From a virus, in IMG/VR virus record IMGVR_UViG_3300036832_000548, positions 1-64,000 of that record: a stretch of 64,000 nucleotides of DNA. The stretch is one strand, 5' to 3'. Shown piece after piece: positions 61,428-64,000 of the stretch. Position 1 is the stretch's first letter, and every line of letters begins with the position of its first letter. The position numbers were made by a program, and so were the translations under genes. Under the pieces are notes generated by a model that saw only the letters and a program-made list of their open reading frames with translations, ran no database searches and was not told where the DNA came from.

Positions 61428-62003
61428 ATGGCGCGACAAAAGTACAAGAAGCTCTACACGGCTGACGATTGCTCGACGCACGTCTGGGCGCTCGTCAAAG
61501 ACGCGCGGGAGAACGTCGAGTTCACGCTCAAGCTCGACGCCGCGTTCATCCAGGACTCGCGGCGCGGCGTGCCGTGGAAATGCCTGCTGGCCAACGGCAC
61601 GGCTGCTATCGCCCATAGCGGTCACAATCCGTTCAGCCATCCGGTCAAGTTCGTTTACGTCGAGGGGTCGCACCTCTACGTCCTGACCCGCGTGTCAGGC
61701 CGCAACCGGCGTGAGTATCCGCTGGCCATGCGATATCGCCACAATTTCACAAAGACCTTGCGGCAATTCGACAACATGACCAAGGCCCAGTTTGTGGAGC
61801 TGTTTGGCGATGCGGGTGTACAGATCAGGCTGAAGCCACCCATCCGCCATCAGCGCAGTGCGGAGCAGACTGAGAGCCGCCAGCAGCCCGCGCGTGCGCC
61901 CTCGACTGAGCGCAGGCTGGTTGGGGCCATGCGGCGCGCCCGTGACGCGGGCCTGCTCAACCTTGAGCACCTTGGCGGGCCTAGCCCTGCCACGGCGGCC
62001 TGA
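61428..62003 (+). CDS. Hypothetical basic protein
   Basis: AGGAGG SD; followed by a terminator. Confidence 0.7.
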   Translation: MARQKYKKLYTADDCSTHVWALVKDARENVEFTLKLDAAFIQDSRRGVPWKCLLANGTAAIAHSGHNPFSHPVKFVYVEGSHLYVLTRVSGRNRREYPLAMRYRHNFTKTLRQFDNMTKAQFVELFGDAGVQIRLKPPIRHQRSAEQTESRQQPARAPSTERRLVGAMRRARDAGLLNLEHLGGPSPATAA

Positions 62004-62035
62004 CGACCCTCTCCCGGAGGGGAGGTGCGGCGGTG

Positions 62036-62067
62036 AACCGGGTGCCCGAAAGGGTGCCCGGTTTTTT
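62036..62067 (+). terminator. Intrinsic terminator
   Basis: AACCGGGTGCCC-GAAA-GGGTGCCCGG followed by TTTTTT. Confidence 0.85.
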
Positions 62068-62533
62068 ATGGGGAGAGAGACGTATCGTCTCGGCCAAGGC
62101 GCTCTTGATACCCATGTCCCGGATGCCGAGACGGGCCGCCATCGGCCACAAGGGGAATGATGCCCACCTGCTTGATGCCGGTGGCGGCCACCTAAAAGAA
62201 CGAGCCGACCTCCGGGGCGTTAAGAGGCCGGCTCGTCCTGCTTGGTAACCCGGCTGGTCGAGGGCTGGGCAACCGCGGGGATCATCGCACCGGCGCGGCT
62301 GTGTTGTCTAGGCCTATCCCTGCCGTTGCCGGCCCATCCACAAGAAACAAACGTAGACCCGACATTTGGCCCGACAGAAACTGGAAAGGTTGGTGTATTC
62401 AAGGTGTTGAAGCACCCTATAAGGGCGAAATAGACCATCAATCGCTGCCCATCGCTGCCAAAAGCATTGTGATTGCAATGGGACTTATTATCTGGTCTGA
62501 TGTCAGCAACCACCGACCCGACAAGGACCAGAC

Positions 62534-63727
62534 ATGGATAAGATCGATACCAAGGGCGCCCGCGAGAAGCTCCCCGCACGCGGGCGCGCATACTTCCTAA
62601 ACACTGTCGCCAGTGGCATCACGCTGGGCTATCGCCGCCTGCCGGCTGGCCCTGGCTCCTGGCTCATTCGTAAGGCCGACGGCAAGGGCGGGGCCGTCCT
62701 CGTCACCTTCGCCAAGGCGGACGACCTGGTGCCAGCCGACGGCAAAACCATCCTCGACTTTGATCAAGCCCTCTTGCGAGCCCGCGAGGTTGCGGTCGAC
62801 CTCATGAGCGACGTTGGCCCGCTGTCTATCGACAGGGCACTCACCGACTTTGCCAACGATCTGGCTGGCCGCGATTCGAACCCCGATAATGCCCGCCGCG
62901 TTCGCAAGCATTTGTCCTCGACTATGCTTGCCAAGCCCGTGGGCGCGCTCACCGCGCGCGAGCTTAAGCGATGGCGTGACGATCTCCTGAAGAAGATGAC
63001 GCGGCCGACGGCCGTACGAACAATCAAGATGTTCCGCGCCGCGCTTAATCTCGCTGCCGATCTCGATAGCAAAATCACCAACCGCAATGACTGGCGGATC
63101 GGCCTTAAGACGCGAGACGACTATCGGCCGGTTGATCGGGTACTTGAGGATGATCAGGTGCTACAGCTGATCGACGCGGCCTATGCGTTCGACTATCAGT
63201 ACGGCTTGCTGCTTGAGGTGTTGGCGTTCACCGGAACGCGCACCAAGCAGGCGACGCGCCTGATGGTCAGCGATCTTGATATCGCTGACAAGGACAAGCC
63301 GCGCCTGATGATGCCCGTGAGCCGCAAAGGCAAGTATCGCAAGACCGAGGTCAATCGGTCGATCCCGATTCCTGTCGATCTCGCTGGCAGGCTGCGTGCA
63401 GCTGCTGGCACTCGGCCGCGCAATACAGCGTTACTAGTCGACGGCAAGGGCAACCCGTGGAAACCGGCCGGCAACGAGATACGCAGGATGTGGAAGCGCG
63501 TCGCCGAGCAAGGCGGAATCAAAGAAACCATGTACGCCCTGCGGCACTCGTTCATCACGCGCAGTCTTAAGGCTGGCATTCCGCCAAGCGTGCTGGCGAA
63601 CAGCGTCGACACATCGGTGGCAATGATCGAGAAAACCTATGGGCGCTTCGTCGCCAATCATGCGGACGACATCATGCGTCGTGCCCTGCTGCCATCAAGC
63701 AAGAGGATCCTTCGGATTGTGCCGTAG
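62534..63727 (+). CDS. int: Tyrosine recombinase/integrase
   Basis: N-terminal LGYRR arm domain; catalytic TGTR, RKG, YALRHS, DTS, KTY. Confidence 0.92.
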   Translation: MDKIDTKGAREKLPARGRAYFLNTVASGITLGYRRLPAGPGSWLIRKADGKGGAVLVTFAKADDLVPADGKTILDFDQALLRAREVAVDLMSDVGPLSIDRALTDFANDLAGRDSNPDNARRVRKHLSSTMLAKPVGALTARELKRWRDDLLKKMTRPTAVRTIKMFRAALNLAADLDSKITNRNDWRIGLKTRDDYRPVDRVLEDDQVLQLIDAAYAFDYQYGLLLEVLAFTGTRTKQATRLMVSDLDIADKDKPRLMMPVSRKGKYRKTEVNRSIPIPVDLAGRLRAAAGTRPRNTALLVDGKGNPWKPAGNEIRRMWKRVAEQGGIKETMYALRHSFITRSLKAGIPPSVLANSVDTSVAMIEKTYGRFVANHADDIMRRALLPSSKRILRIVP

Positions 63728-63925
63728 CCGCTCAATGCGGCGGGCCCACTCCGCGTCGGCCTCGCGTGTAATGCTGATCTTCCCGCCTCGCGACAGTTGC
63801 ACAATAGCTGGCGCGAGGCCTTTCTTTTGTAACTTCGTGAACCGGGTGCGCGAGACACGCCGCTTCACCAGCCATTCGGCCAATGTGTAGTCGCGGTCAG
63901 CCGCGATGGCCTCTTTTTTTGGCAC
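63695..63925 (-). CDS. Excisionase/AlpA-like small DNA-binding protein
   Basis: YTLAEW..VSRTRF.KL..GLAP..ITREADAEW; convergent with and overlapping the integrase end; AAGGA SD. Confidence 0.7.
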   Translation of the reverse strand: MPKKEAIAADRDYTLAEWLVKRRVSRTRFTKLQKKGLAPAIVQLSRGGKISITREADAEWARRIERLRHNPKDPLA

Positions 63926-64000
63926 GTTTCCGTCCTTTCCGCTTGATTCTCGCTTGTCTCAATCTCGTCGCGTAGCCGCCCATCATCTCATCGTTGATGC

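Larger units (their letters stand above)
1..64000. mobile_element. Temperate tailed phage/prophage segment (HK97-type head, Mu-like contractile tail, tyrosine integrase)
   Basis: Continuous run of terminase, capsid, portal, sheath, tube, baseplate, endolysin and integrase genes; no host housekeeping genes recognised. Confidence 0.95.

Noticed and set aside
62070-62530. tRNA or tRNA fragment at the att region
   Set aside because: No T-loop (GGTTCGA) or cloverleaf recognised

Overview
The whole window reads as about 64 kb of a temperate tailed phage or prophage, probably of an alphaproteobacterial (Hyphomicrobiales/Bradyrhizobium-like) host; the host is inferred from composition, integrase type and PEP-CTERM tails. 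It runs from a terminase large subunit through an HK97-type head module (two capsid paralogues, protease-capsid fusion, portal, collagen protein), neck genes, a Mu-like contractile tail and baseplate, an expanded fibre region, a two-domain endolysin, accessory genes and a tyrosine integrase with a Xis-like partner. No replication or repressor module, tRNA, CRISPR array or reverse transcriptase is visible. Most unusual features: (1) three tandem tape-measure paralogues sharing a scaffold but each carrying different envelope-degrading domains, two of them sharing a C-terminal tag with the baseplate hub; (2) a 21-aa motif repeated about 36 times in one protein and found as single C-terminal copies on three unrelated proteins, with the repeat gene inside a block flanked by a 19-bp direct repeat; (3) Cys-rich fibre-like proteins with Sec signal peptides; (4) two phage-borne PEP-CTERM proteins; (5) an inverted cassette of small genes inside the tail operon, with its own promoter and twin operator-like palindromes. 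All product calls come from motif recognition by eye; no searches were run.
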